From Chloroflexota bacterium (GTDB lineage: Bacteria > Chloroflexota > Dehalococcoidia > GIF9 > AB-539-J10), in the NCBI GenBank assembly GCA_034722275.1, contig JAYENW010000001.1, positions 122,825 through 186,824 on the forward strand: a DNA stretch of 64,000 nucleotides. The letters run 5' to 3'. A model generated the notes under the pieces. That model had not been told where the DNA came from. It ran no database searches and saw only the letters and a program-made list of their open reading frames with translations. Position numbers and translations under genes: made by a program. Positions 9,768 to 19,344 of the stretch are shown in pieces. Within the stretch, counting starts at the first letter, position 1. Each line of letters begins with the position of its first letter.

Positions 9768-9795
9768 TTGAAGGTCAGAGTGAAGCGGATTATAA
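9768..9795 (+). promoter_or_regulatory. Candidate sigma-70 promoter for the radical SAM gene
   Basis: TTGAAG (9768-9773), a 16-nt spacer, then TATAAT (9790-9795), about 20 nt upstream of the ATG at 9815. Confidence 0.4.
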
Positions 9796-9814
9796 TGTAT
9801 CTGCCGCTGGGTAA

Positions 9815-11647
9815 ATGGAAAATTCAAATGAAATCTTAAGCCAGGTCAGCAAGCCCGCTCGCTATACTGGAGGTGAGTGGAATGCCATAGTCAAGGAATG
9901 GGAAGCAACGCCCATCCGGATTGCTTTATGCTACCCGGAAATTTACGAAATCGGCATGTCCAATTTAGCGATGCCTATCCTTTATGAGATACTGAATCGC
10001 CAGCCAGATACTCTGGCAGAAAGAGTTTATGTCCCTTGGATGGATATGGAAGCAATTTTGCGAAAACAAAGGATTCCGCTTTTTACCTTGGAATCGAAAC
10101 ATCTGCTGAAGGAGTTCGATATCATTGGCTTTTCCCTGGGATATGAGCTCACCTACACCAATGTGTTGAATATCATGGATTTGGCTCAAATTCCCCTGTT
10201 TAGCTCTGAAAGGGGAGATTCTTATCCCTTAGTAATTGCCGGAGGGAGCTGTGCGCTCAACCCTGAACCACTGGCTGATTTCATTGATTTATTTGTTATT
10301 GGTGAGGGCGAAGAAATAATACTGGAATTATTGGGAGTTTTTCGTGCCTATAGTGGAAATAAAGAGACCTTCCTAAAGCAAGCTGCCAAGCTCGATGGTA
10401 TATATGTGCCTTCATTTTACTGTGTCAACTATAATAAAGACGGCACGGTGAGCAGCATTATACCCCGGGTGCCTGAAGCCAAAGCAAAGGTGAGACGCAG
10501 GATAGTGTCTAAACTGCCTTTACCACCCACCAAGCCAGTTGTTCCTTATATTGAGGCGGTGCATGACCGCAGCAGCTTGGAGATCCAGCGAGGCTGCACC
10601 AGAGGCTGCCGCTTTTGTCAGGCAGGCATGATTTACCGGCCGGTGCGGGAGCGCCCGCAGGAAGAAGTAATAACTGCTGTAGGTGAGCTATTAAAAAATT
10701 GCGGCTACAGCGAAATATCTTTGCTCTCTCTCAGCAGCGGAGATTACTCCGATATTGACCAACTTGTCGCTAAATTATCACAACAGTTTTACAAAGATAA
10801 TCTGACTTTATCTTTACCCAGCTTGCATCTAAACTCCGCTGTGCCTAATTTGCTGGATATGTTGCCCTCGCGGCGCAAAATAACCCTCACCTTCGCTCCT
10901 GAAGCAGGAAGTGAAAGGCTGCGCCATGTCATAAATAAAGGCATATCTGAAGAGGACATACTTGGTACACTGGCATCCATCCTAGACAAAGGTTGGACGA
11001 ATATTAAGCTATATTTCATAGTAGGATTGCCTAGTGAAACTCTAGACGATATACATGATATTGTCGAATTGGTGACTAAGATACGCCGGCTCGGGAGGCA
11101 TACTAGACTGCATATTGGTACATCTATTCTCATTCCTAAACCTCATACTCCATGTCAGTGGTTAGCACAAGAAACTGAGGAGCAGTTGCTGCCAAAATAT
11201 GAAATACTAAGAGGTGGTTTATATAGAGAAAAGGTCAAGTTTTCTTGGCCTGACCCCAAGGTTAGTCAACTGGAGGCAGCTTTATCTCGAGGGGACCGTC
11301 GTTTGGGTCAGGTTATCTACCGTGCCTGGCAGATGGGCTGCAGATTCGATGCGTGGAGTGAATGTTTTAGCTATCAAAGATGGCTTGATGCCTTCCAGCA
11401 ATCCAAGCTCCACCCTTCCTTTTATGCCAACCGGGAACGAAGTTTGGATGAAACCTTGGCCTGGCGTCATATTGATACTGGGGTGAATTCTGAGTTTCTC
11501 CTAAGCGAATATCGAAAAATGTGGCAGGGGAAAGAAACTTCGGATTGTCGTTATGGGAAGTGTCATGCTTGTGGGTTGCAAAATTGGCCGAATGTCTTAA
11601 AACTCTGCCAGCGGTTTCTTAAGGCACACAATACGCCGACTTGTTAG
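9815..11647 (+). CDS. Radical SAM protein (TIGR03960-like, B12-binding-like N-terminal domain)
   Basis: CxxxCxxC cluster motif GCTRGCRFCQAG. The 610-aa architecture matches the widespread uncharacterised radical SAM family. Confidence 0.75.
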   Translation: MENSNEILSQVSKPARYTGGEWNAIVKEWEATPIRIALCYPEIYEIGMSNLAMPILYEILNRQPDTLAERVYVPWMDMEAILRKQRIPLFTLESKHLLKEFDIIGFSLGYELTYTNVLNIMDLAQIPLFSSERGDSYPLVIAGGSCALNPEPLADFIDLFVIGEGEEIILELLGVFRAYSGNKETFLKQAAKLDGIYVPSFYCVNYNKDGTVSSIIPRVPEAKAKVRRRIVSKLPLPPTKPVVPYIEAVHDRSSLEIQRGCTRGCRFCQAGMIYRPVRERPQEEVITAVGELLKNCGYSEISLLSLSSGDYSDIDQLVAKLSQQFYKDNLTLSLPSLHLNSAVPNLLDMLPSRRKITLTFAPEAGSERLRHVINKGISEEDILGTLASILDKGWTNIKLYFIVGLPSETLDDIHDIVELVTKIRRLGRHTRLHIGTSILIPKPHTPCQWLAQETEEQLLPKYEILRGGLYREKVKFSWPDPKVSQLEAALSRGDRRLGQVIYRAWQMGCRFDAWSECFSYQRWLDAFQQSKLHPSFYANRERSLDETLAWRHIDTGVNSEFLLSEYRKMWQGKETSDCRYGKCHACGLQNWPNVLKLCQRFLKAHNTPTC

Positions 11648-11706
11648 CAATTTTTCTTTGATATATAATTACTATTTAGTATTTTTGGTATGGGAGGTAG
11701 GAACAA

Positions 11707-11931
11707 ATGGAAAACAGTCCTTTTCCAAAATGTCAAAAGTGTGGCAAAGGCGATTTAGTGCCTTTATCTGACTTTGGTAGTCAGGGCGCATCAATTGAGT
11801 ACAAAGCCTGGGTCTGCACTAATCCTGAGTGTGGCTATAATATCAAAATCAGGAATGGTGAAGTATACCTGAATGAGCCTATTCTCAGTGGTGAGCTCCA
11901 TGCTCGTGCACGTCAAGAGTTCACTCGCTAG
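11707..11931 (+). CDS. Small zinc-ribbon protein, function unknown
   Basis: 74 aa with CQKCG ... CTNPECG, and a GGAGG-like RBS (gggaggtagg) upstream. Confidence 0.5.
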   Translation: MENSPFPKCQKCGKGDLVPLSDFGSQGASIEYKAWVCTNPECGYNIKIRNGEVYLNEPILSGELHARARQEFTR

Positions 11932-11934
11932 GTA

Positions 11935-12639
11935 GTGGGATTACTTAGCTTAAATCAGTTAGCTGAAGTGGCAGTTGATGCTTTTTTCCCAAAGCAATGT
12001 GTTGGCTGTGGGAAAGTGGGTGATTTTTTTTGCCTCAGTTGTCGAGGGAAATTACCTTGGTTAATGCCACCGATCTGCCCTAAGTGTGGCAAACCACAGG
12101 TGAGTGGTATTGTGTGCCCAAGCTGTTGGCAGAGACAAACTGAGATTGATGGCATCCGCTCTCCATTTCTATTTGATGGCTCCATGCGTAAAGCCATTCA
12201 CCATCTGAAATACCAGAATCTAAAAGCAATTTCCTCTTGTTTGGCTGCATTCCTGGCTGATTACCTGGCATCGAATGCTCTGCCTGGTGAGGTTCTTGTT
12301 CCTGTGCCCCTTCATCCAAAAAAATTGAAACAAAGGGGCTATAATCAATCGTGCTTATTAGCGCGGGAACTTGGCAAGCTTATCAAGCTGCCAGTAATTG
12401 AAGGTTGTCTGATGCGTGTTAAACAAGCGCAACCTCAAGTGAAGGCGGTCAATGTGAAAGAGAGACAGGAGAATGTAGCTGACGCCTTTACCTCTTGTGA
12501 TGAAAGGCTGGCTGACAAGCAAATTATCCTTATTGATGATGTGCGCACCTCTGGAGCTACGCTCGAGTCTTGTGCTAAGGCTCTTAAGAATAAAGGTGCC
12601 ATTTCTGTATGGGGGCTAACAGTGGCCAGTGAGATTTAA
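11935..12639 (+). CDS. comFC: ComF-family phosphoribosyltransferase-domain protein
   Basis: N-terminal double zinc motif (CVGCG..CLSC, CPKCG..CPSC) and PRTase loop IILIDDVRTSGATL. GTG start. Confidence 0.8.
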   Translation: MGLLSLNQLAEVAVDAFFPKQCVGCGKVGDFFCLSCRGKLPWLMPPICPKCGKPQVSGIVCPSCWQRQTEIDGIRSPFLFDGSMRKAIHHLKYQNLKAISSCLAAFLADYLASNALPGEVLVPVPLHPKKLKQRGYNQSCLLARELGKLIKLPVIEGCLMRVKQAQPQVKAVNVKERQENVADAFTSCDERLADKQIILIDDVRTSGATLESCAKALKNKGAISVWGLTVASEI

Positions 12640-12652
12640 GAGTAGGAGGAAC

Positions 12653-13198
12653 ATGGAATTACGTTTTGTCGGCAAGAATAATCTAGAAATTTCCCAGATA
12701 ATGCAGGATTACGCCAAGAAGAAGATTGGAAAATTGAGTCGTTATCTGCCCAGCATTGGTCAAGGCAAAGTGGAAATTTCCTGGGAAGAAACAAAATCGC
12801 CTGAGCAGCGATTTACTGTTCAGGTCACTCTTGACAGTAAGGGTATGCTGATCAGGGCTCAGGAGAAAGCTGAGGATGTCCGTACAGCTATTGATAAGGT
12901 AGTAAATGTGCTAACTAATCGGATTGAGCGTTATAAAGGTAAACTCTATGGTAAGGGAAGAGGCATCTCATCGGTTCGTCGAGGAGCAGCAAGAACTCAG
13001 GAAAATGAAATTCCCAGAAAGATAGTAAGGTCCAAGCATTTTTTGATCAAGCCCATGTCTTTAGATGAAGCCAGAGACCAGATGGATCTTCTGGGGCATG
13101 ATTTCTTCCTTTTTATCAATGCTGAAAGTAATCAAGTCAACTTGCTATACTGCCGCAAGGATGGCAGCTATGGATTGATTGAGCCCGAGATAAAATGA
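12653..13198 (+). CDS. hpf: Ribosome hibernation promoting factor (long form)
   Basis: S30AE-type N-domain (MELRFVGKNNLEISQIMQDYAKKKIGKLSRYL) plus the C-terminal dimerisation domain (KHFLIKPMSLDEARDQMDLLGHDFFLFIN). Start moved to the ATG at 12653, which is preceded by AGGAGGA. Confidence 0.88.
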   Translation: MELRFVGKNNLEISQIMQDYAKKKIGKLSRYLPSIGQGKVEISWEETKSPEQRFTVQVTLDSKGMLIRAQEKAEDVRTAIDKVVNVLTNRIERYKGKLYGKGRGISSVRRGAARTQENEIPRKIVRSKHFLIKPMSLDEARDQMDLLGHDFFLFINAESNQVNLLYCRKDGSYGLIEPEIK

Positions 13199-13471
13199 GA
13201 GGATTGGTTATCAAAGGCTGGAATATGAAAATTTTACGAATGCTGGAAACCTTGATAACTGTCAGGGGGCTGGGGATAATCCTGCTGGGTAAAGAGGTTA
13301 CTATATCTGATGGTGCTAGCCTGGGAATTGTTTCTGCTAGGGAGCAAAGGAACTCGGCTTGTGGTTAACACATCACTTGATGGGCTTAAGAATACACCTG
13401 GAGATGATATTCAAGCTAAGAGGATAAGGATAAAACCAGCTTCTCTAATCCTTATAATTACCTTCAGGGGA

Positions 13472-13696
13472 TTATGATTTCTTTCTTAGTTCGTTCTCTC
13501 CGATCTTTAGGATTATTTTATCACCGATTTTGTCTATTTTATCCAGAGTAATGCCATATTTCTTAGTCAATCCTGCCTTCGCTACAATATGGGTGATAAC
13601 TCCTTGCTGCATATCAAAATCTATATCACTAACCTTGCCTATCCTTTTAGCGTTTACATCCAAAATTTCTTTACCCAGTAGCTCTTTAGTATTCAT
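13472..13696 (-). CDS. PRC-barrel domain protein
   Basis: LLGKEILDVNAKRIGKVSDIDFD...GVITHIV is typical of PRC-barrel proteins. Start placed at the ATG at 13696 (RBS AAGGGG 5 nt upstream); the ORF track starts at 13714. Confidence 0.65.
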   Translation of the reverse strand: MNTKELLGKEILDVNAKRIGKVSDIDFDMQQGVITHIVAKAGLTKKYGITLDKIDKIGDKIILKIGENELRKKS

Positions 13697-13734
13697 CCAG
13701 CCCCTTTGCACCATGGCGGTGCTTAAATTCTCTA

Positions 13735-13878
13735 TTATACTATAGCTTGGTAAATAGCTATTCCCCCGGCTATAATAAGGAAAATCCCTACTAAATAGTT
13801 AAGGATTTTAGGGAAAATCATGACCGCAATGCCGAAGATAACAGCTAAGATTCCCATGCCTAAGCCAGCTATATGCAT
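13735..13878 (-). CDS. Small two-helix membrane protein (DUF3096-like), 47 aa
   Basis: Below the ORF-track length cutoff. Manual translation: MHIAGLGMGILAVIFGIAVMIFPKILNYLVGIFLIIAGGIAIYQAIV. AAGGAGG RBS upstream. Confidence 0.5.
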   Translation of the reverse strand: MHIAGLGMGILAVIFGIAVMIFPKILNYLVGIFLIIAGGIAIYQAIV

Positions 13879-13882
13879 ATCA

Positions 13883-14020
13883 TCACCTCCTTAAAGTAGC
13901 CAATACACCGATGACAATGAGAGCAATGCCTACTATCCATCTCAACAGACCAGGTAAGACAAGCACCAAGATGCCAAAAATAATAATTATTATCCCTACC
14001 CATAAGCCTTCTATCTTCAT
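13883..14020 (-). CDS. Small two-helix membrane protein (DUF3096-like), 45 aa
   Basis: Manual translation: MKIEGLWVGIIIIIFGILVLVLPGLLRWIVGIALIVIGVLATLRR. Its stop lies next to the RBS of the downstream paralogue. Confidence 0.5.
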   Translation of the reverse strand: MKIEGLWVGIIIIIFGILVLVLPGLLRWIVGIALIVIGVLATLRR

Positions 14021-14225
14021 GGATTGTCACCCCCTCAGCCTGAATTTGAGTCTATATCTCAATTATATAAATGAAGTGTCTGGAAAGCAATAGATTTTAG
14101 CCTAGGATATCTTTAAGGTATAAATTTTTATCAACTATCTTGAAATCCCCCACGGTGAACAGGTAATGATAGGTAGGTCATAGTATAATACCAGTTAGGA
14201 TAATGCTGGAAGGTTCACAAAAGCG

Positions 14226-15914
14226 ATGGAAGAATCCAGGCTGATACTCGATCTGGCGATAGCTTTCGGCGCTGCTTTGGGCGGTGGCTTAATCGCCAGA
14301 TCGCTAAGGCAACCAGCACTTCTTGGCTATCTTATAGCAGGCATTGTTATTGGTCCTTATGCTTTGGGTCTGGTCCAGAGCAAGGACAACATAGAGATTC
14401 TAGCTGCCATTGGCGTGGTGCTGCTCCTTTTTACTTTAGGAGTTGAGTTTTCCTTTCATGAACTGAAGCGAATAAGAAATGTAGCTATTTTTGGCGGCAT
14501 CGCTCAAATAGCGGTTACCACTGTTTTGGGAATGTTTGTGGGTATATCTCTGCTGGGGCAGAGCCTCTATGAAGCGATAGTTTTTGGTTTTATGGTCGCT
14601 CTGAGTAGCACCATGGTGGTGGTAGGGATGCTGGTTGATAGAGGAGAAGCAAACTCGGTGCACGGGCGGGTGATGATAGGTATTCTGTTATTACAGGATA
14701 TTGCTGCTGCCTTCGCTATGTTTATTCTGCCAACGCTGGGGACAGGCGATGCGAGTTTATTACCCACGTTAGGTGTAGCTTTTCTTAAAGCCGGGATATT
14801 TATTGCTTTGGTATTGGTCACTGGCATCTGGGTGATACCTCGTATATTGAGGCGTGTAGCCCTACGACAATCTAGAGAGTTATGCATTATTGCTGTGGCG
14901 GCGTTGTGTTTGGGAGGAGCCTTTGCTGCTTATTACTTTGGGTTATCTGCAGCTTTGGGTGCCTTTGCTATAGGTCTTATGATAGGCCAGTCGGACTTCG
15001 CTCACCAGGCTGTAGGCAACATAGCACCTCTGCGCGATTTATTTGCGGCACTATTCTTTGTATCAATTGGCATGCTTATAGATTTGCAATTTCTGGCAGC
15101 TAACATTATCCCCTTGCTTATATTAGTGGCAGCCATAACTTTTGGTAAGTTTGCTATCTGCTCCGGAATCACTCATATATTTGGCTATCGGGGTAAGACA
15201 GTGCCGCTGGTTGGAGCTGGCATGATGCAGATTGGCGAATTTAGCTTCGTGCTGGCACAATTGTGCCTTGGAGCAGGAGCAATTACCAACTATACCTATT
15301 CCATGATACTTGGCGGTGCCTTTGTTACCATCGTGCTCACCCCGTTTGTCTTTAGCTTGACCTCTAAAGTTTGCATCAAGCGAAGAAAAGCTATACAGGT
15401 TGCCAGCGGGGGTAAGGAACAACTCGTTATGGAGACTCCGAACTTGACTAACCATGTCATCATTTGTGGCCATGGTCGTGTAGGTGGTAATGTGGCTCGG
15501 CTTCTCAGTCAATTAGCTATTCCTTATGTGGCAATTGACCTTGATCCTAAAACTATCTCTGAGCTTCGAGAGCAAGGAATTCCTTGTGTCTATGGAGATG
15601 GCGGTAATCAAAAGGTGCTCTATGAGGCTGGAATCACACATGCTGCAGTTCTAGCGCTTGCTATTCCAGACCCTGCGGCGACGAGGCTTGCCTTGGATCA
15701 TGCTGAGTTAATGAATGCTAACATAGATATAATTGCCCGCACTCATAGCAATTCTGAGTTTGAATTCTTGCAAAGTAGAGGCATTTCTGGGATAGTTCAA
15801 CCTGAGACGGAGGCTAGTATAGAAATCTTACGTCACATCTTATGTCGATTGAATATGCCTGAGGCTGAAATTGAAGAGATTATTGCCAGCCGGAGGAAAA
15901 TATGCCCCATGTGA
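14226..15914 (+). CDS. CPA2-family monovalent cation:proton antiporter with C-terminal TrkA-N (RCK) domain (Kef-type)
   Basis: About 12 TM helices, then Rossmann motif VIICGHGRVGGNVARLL and an RCK-like tail. Confidence 0.82.
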   Translation: MEESRLILDLAIAFGAALGGGLIARSLRQPALLGYLIAGIVIGPYALGLVQSKDNIEILAAIGVVLLLFTLGVEFSFHELKRIRNVAIFGGIAQIAVTTVLGMFVGISLLGQSLYEAIVFGFMVALSSTMVVVGMLVDRGEANSVHGRVMIGILLLQDIAAAFAMFILPTLGTGDASLLPTLGVAFLKAGIFIALVLVTGIWVIPRILRRVALRQSRELCIIAVAALCLGGAFAAYYFGLSAALGAFAIGLMIGQSDFAHQAVGNIAPLRDLFAALFFVSIGMLIDLQFLAANIIPLLILVAAITFGKFAICSGITHIFGYRGKTVPLVGAGMMQIGEFSFVLAQLCLGAGAITNYTYSMILGGAFVTIVLTPFVFSLTSKVCIKRRKAIQVASGGKEQLVMETPNLTNHVIICGHGRVGGNVARLLSQLAIPYVAIDLDPKTISELREQGIPCVYGDGGNQKVLYEAGITHAAVLALAIPDPAATRLALDHAELMNANIDIIARTHSNSEFEFLQSRGISGIVQPETEASIEILRHILCRLNMPEAEIEEIIASRRKICPM

Positions 15915-16023
15915 GCGCCTGAGTGTTAAATATTTAAAATTATTGTGGAATTGTTCATAGACTTTGTCTAGTTGTACTAGCTCTTGTATGATAAAATAAA
16001 ATCTCTTGGTTTGAGAGAACTTG

Positions 16024-16569
16024 ATGAAAACGTTCAATAAAAAAGGTGACGGTGGTGAGACCAGTCTTCTTTATGGTGTCAGAGTAGCTAAATGTGATGA
16101 CAGGTGTGAAGTTTATGGCACTATTGATGAGGCAGTTTCTATGTTGGGGGTGGCTAAAAATTTCTGCCAGCCAGAAGTTAAGGAGATTATCTCCAGCTTA
16201 CAGCGGGATTTATTTTTCATAGGGACAGAGCTAGCAGTTCCGCAGGAGCATTATTCAAAGCTGGAAGCGAAAAGAGGAGTGATTAAGCCAGAGATGGTGC
16301 AGAGGCTGGAAGAGTTGATAGATGATTTTGAAACTAAGGTCACTATTCCTCGAGAATTTGTTCTTCCTGGTGATGGTATAAGTTCATCAACTCTGGATGT
16401 GGCGAGGACAATGATCAGGCGCGCTGAAAGGAGAGCAGTTGCCTTCAAGCACGCGGGAAAGTTTATTAATGAGGAGATACTGAAATATCTCAATCGCCTG
16501 GCTGATTTAATTTTTATTTTGGCTCGTTATGAGGAGAAAATCGGGAATGGAAGTAATTCCAGCCATTGA
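16024..16569 (+). CDS. pduO: ATP:cob(I)alamin adenosyltransferase, PduO type
   Basis: KKGDGGETSLLYG N-terminus, TIDEAVSMLGV, and the helical-bundle segment RTMIRRAERRAV / LNRLADLIFILAR. Confidence 0.82.
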   Translation: MKTFNKKGDGGETSLLYGVRVAKCDDRCEVYGTIDEAVSMLGVAKNFCQPEVKEIISSLQRDLFFIGTELAVPQEHYSKLEAKRGVIKPEMVQRLEELIDDFETKVTIPREFVLPGDGISSSTLDVARTMIRRAERRAVAFKHAGKFINEEILKYLNRLADLIFILARYEEKIGNGSNSSH

Positions 16570-17263
16570 TCTTAAAGAAGGCAGATGCGTTAGACTATAC
16601 CAGGGGGATTATACCAGAGAAACTGTCTTTGGCGAGGAACCAGTGGCAGTAGCTTTGGAGTGGTGTTCTCAAGGAGCGCAGTGGCTTCATGTAGTTGATT
16701 TAGACGGAGCAGCTACAGGCGAACCAGCAAATATGGTGGTGGTTGAGGAGATAATAAAAGAGAGTGGTTTGCTTGTAGAACTGGGTGGTGGCATCAGGCA
16801 AGAAGAGGTGGCGGCAAAATTGTTGCAAAAAGGGGTAGCGCGCGTTATTTTGGGAACTGCGGCTATAGAAGATCCAAGATTGATAAAGAAACTTTGTCAC
16901 CAGTTTAGTGAAGCTATAATAGTTGGGTTAGATGCCAGAGATGGAAAGATAGCGATTCATGGCTGGCAAAAAGATACGGCTATTGATGTTCTAGATTTAA
17001 GCCGTGAGATGGTTAAAATCGGAGCCAGGCGCTTTATTTATACTGATATAAAGAGAGATGGCACCCTTACTGAGCCCAATTTTGACATGATGGCTAGACT
17101 GGTTGCTGAGATAGATGTTCCCGTTATTGTGGCTGGAGGCATTTCTAAATTGGAGCATTTACAGAAACTTAAAGAACTTGGAGTTGAAGGGGCTATTATA
17201 GGTAAAGCTCTTTATACTGGAGATATTGATTTACAGGAAGCTATAATTAGCTTTGGGAGTTAA
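16547..17263 (+). CDS. hisA: ProFAR isomerase HisA
   Basis: VIPAIDLKEGRCVRLYQGDY, LHVVDLDGA, GGGIR and AGGIS motifs. Start moved to the ATG at 16547 (MEVIPAIDL). Confidence 0.9.
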   Translation: MEVIPAIDLKEGRCVRLYQGDYTRETVFGEEPVAVALEWCSQGAQWLHVVDLDGAATGEPANMVVVEEIIKESGLLVELGGGIRQEEVAAKLLQKGVARVILGTAAIEDPRLIKKLCHQFSEAIIVGLDARDGKIAIHGWQKDTAIDVLDLSREMVKIGARRFIYTDIKRDGTLTEPNFDMMARLVAEIDVPVIVAGGISKLEHLQKLKELGVEGAIIGKALYTGDIDLQEAIISFGS

Positions 17264-17270
17264 AAGTTAA

Positions 17271-17609
17271 ATGCTCAAATTTGGTGATAAAGGTTTGCTC
17301 CCTGCTGTTATTCAGGATGCCAAGAGTGGCGAAGTGCTTATGTTGGGCTATATGAATAAGGAATCGCTGAGGAAAACTGTATCCAGCGGAGATGTCTGGT
17401 TTTACAGCCGTAGCCGGCAGAAGTTGTGGCATAAGGGGGAAACTTCAGGTAATTTCCTGAGAGTTCATTCCATTATCAAGGATTGTGATAGTGATACCCT
17501 GCTGGTAAAGGTTGCTCCCGTAGGTCCCGTATGTCACCTAGGTAATCGGACTTGCTTCTTCAAAAACGAGATGGAGTACAGATTCTTGCAAGAGCAGGAT
17601 CTGGTCTAG
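17271..17609 (+). CDS. hisI: Phosphoribosyl-AMP cyclohydrolase HisI
   Basis: LLPAVIQD..., [27 protein letters not shown] and CH..NRTCF motifs. Confidence 0.9.
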   Translation: MLKFGDKGLLPAVIQDAKSGEVLMLGYMNKESLRKTVSSGDVWFYSRSRQKLWHKGETSGNFLRVHSIIKDCDSDTLLVKVAPVGPVCHLGNRTCFFKNEMEYRFLQEQDLV

Positions 17610-18496
17610 TCTTTCTTTTCTTCACGGCGATCTGCCTCGATGACTTCGTTCAATGCCAGTATAGCGGTTTCCAACTGGCTCTCGTCAGGTTCTCTGGTGG
17701 TCATGGCTTGCAGCATCAATCCTGGAGCTAGAAGAGTTTTTACTATGGTGTTTTTGATATGACCTGCTCCGAATTTCATAATTTCGTAACTCAGAGCGGC
17801 AATCAATGGGATGAGGACTATACGAGATAAGATGCTCAACCATAATGTTGGGCGGCCGAGTAAAGCGAAGACGATGATAGCGATAATTAAAACGATGAAA
17901 ATGAAGCTGGTGCCGCAGCGCGGATTGGCAGTAGAATAGCTTTTAATCGCTTCTACTTCTAGGGGAATACCTGCTTCATAAGCATTAACCACTTTATGCT
18001 CTGCTCCATGGTAGGCAAAAACTCTTCTGATATCTGGCATCAACCCTATTAACTTGAGATAAGCGACAAAAATGCCTATGCGGAGGAAACCTTCCACAAG
18101 ATTACTCACTAAGGCAGAGCTGGTGTATGGATCAATAAAGTAGCGGGTGATAAAGAGGGGAGCAATGAAGAAAAGAGCTATAGCAAAGGCAATACCGATA
18201 ATTAGCGTGCCCCACAGTAGTAACGGATGTATTTTCTCTTCCTCTTCCTCTGCTGAAGCAATTTGAGCTGAATGAAACAAAGCCTGGGTGCCTAAAACCA
18301 GAGTTTCGATAAGCACGATGACTCCTCTTATTAAAGGAGTTTCCCTCAAGCGGCCTTTATAAATGCTGGGCAATGGTTGCTTTGTCAGGTTTAATTTACC
18401 ATCAAGAGAACGCACACATATCGTGAAGTGCTCCTTGCCCCGCATCATCACTCCCTCAATGACTGCTTGTCCGCCGTGATAAAAAGGTTTTGCCAT
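17606..18496 (-). CDS. DUF1385-family membrane protein
   Basis: [14 protein letters not shown]-terminus and the AYHGAEHK motif, with several TM helices. Lies upstream of rpmE, as in many genomes. Confidence 0.75.
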   Translation of the reverse strand: MAKPFYHGGQAVIEGVMMRGKEHFTICVRSLDGKLNLTKQPLPSIYKGRLRETPLIRGVIVLIETLVLGTQALFHSAQIASAEEEEEKIHPLLLWGTLIIGIAFAIALFFIAPLFITRYFIDPYTSSALVSNLVEGFLRIGIFVAYLKLIGLMPDIRRVFAYHGAEHKVVNAYEAGIPLEVEAIKSYSTANPRCGTSFIFIVLIIAIIVFALLGRPTLWLSILSRIVLIPLIAALSYEIMKFGAGHIKNTIVKTLLAPGLMLQAMTTREPDESQLETAILALNEVIEADRREEKKD

Positions 18497-18539
18497 TGGG
18501 ATATATGAATCCTATTGAAAAATGTGAGGAAAAAGCTGC

Positions 18540-18746
18540 TTAGTCCTTTATATTGTAGCGTTTCTTAAATCGCTCCACTCTTCCCATAGTATCCACTATC
18601 CTTTGTGTCCCTGTATAGAAGGGATGACATTTGCTGCATACCTCTACCCTGATCTCTGGCTTGGTGGAACCTGTAGTGAAAGTGTTGCCGCAGAGACAGC
18701 TTACCTTGGCATTATCATAGTATTTGGGATGGATTTTATCCTTCAT
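18540..18746 (-). CDS. rpmE: 50S ribosomal protein L31 (Cys-containing type A)
   Basis: [10 protein letters not shown]..., CLCGN...[10 protein letters not shown]. Confidence 0.93.
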   Translation of the reverse strand: MKDKIHPKYYDNAKVSCLCGNTFTTGSTKPEIRVEVCSKCHPFYTGTQRIVDTMGRVERFKKRYNIKD

Positions 18747-18993
18747 TGTATATGCTTACTTTCTTTTTATATTTAGTCGCCGCCTCGTATTTAACATAGC
18801 CATCTGTTAAGGCGAAGAGCGTATAGTCTCTCCCTATACCAACATTGATTCCCGGGAATATGCGAGTGCCACGCTGTCGCACTAGGATATTCCCAGCACG
18901 AACTTTCTCCCCTCCATATCTCTTGACTCCGAGGCGCTTTGATTGACTATCGCGCCCACCTCTTATACTGCCACCAGCTTTTTTATGTGCCAT
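18736..18993 (-). CDS. rpmA: 50S ribosomal protein L27
   Basis: [24 protein letters not shown]... with no N-terminal propeptide. Confidence 0.95.
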   Translation of the reverse strand: MAHKKAGGSIRGGRDSQSKRLGVKRYGGEKVRAGNILVRQRGTRIFPGINVGIGRDYTLFALTDGYVKYEAATKYKKKVSIYNEG

Positions 18994-18995
18994 GG

Positions 18996-19316
18996 TTACT
19001 CTTTCGACTTAACAACTTCATTTATTAATAATCTGGTATATGTCTGGCGATGTCCCCTTTTTCTGTGATGGCGAACTTTAGGTTTATACCTGAAGGCTAT
19101 GATTTTATCTCCTTTAACCTCTCCTAGAGAAGTGGCGATAACCTTAGCACCCTTAACGATAGGATTGCCCATGATCGTATTTTCATTGTCATCAATAAAT
19201 AACACCTGGTCCAGTTCCACAGTGTTGCCTTCAGATATGTTGAGACGCTCAACTTCTACCGTTTGTTTTGGGGCGACTTTATACTGTTTGCCCCCTGTTT
19301 CAATAACAGCGTAAAT
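18996..19316 (-). CDS. rplU: 50S ribosomal protein L21, apparently initiated at ATT
   Basis: The ORF track begins at an internal GTG (19220). Reading upstream in frame gives (I)[39 protein letters not shown], which is the conserved L21 N-terminus. An in-frame TGA lies 9 codons further up with no ATG/GTG/TTG in between. GGAGG sits 7 nt before the ATT at 19316. Confidence 0.85.
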   Translation of the reverse strand: MYAVIETGGKQYKVAPKQTVEVERLNISEGNTVELDQVLFIDDNENTIMGNPIVKGAKVIATSLGEVKGDKIIAFRYKPKVRHHRKRGHRQTYTRLLINEVVKSKE

Positions 19317-19344
19317 TTTATTACCTCCGTTCTTATGTCTTCAG

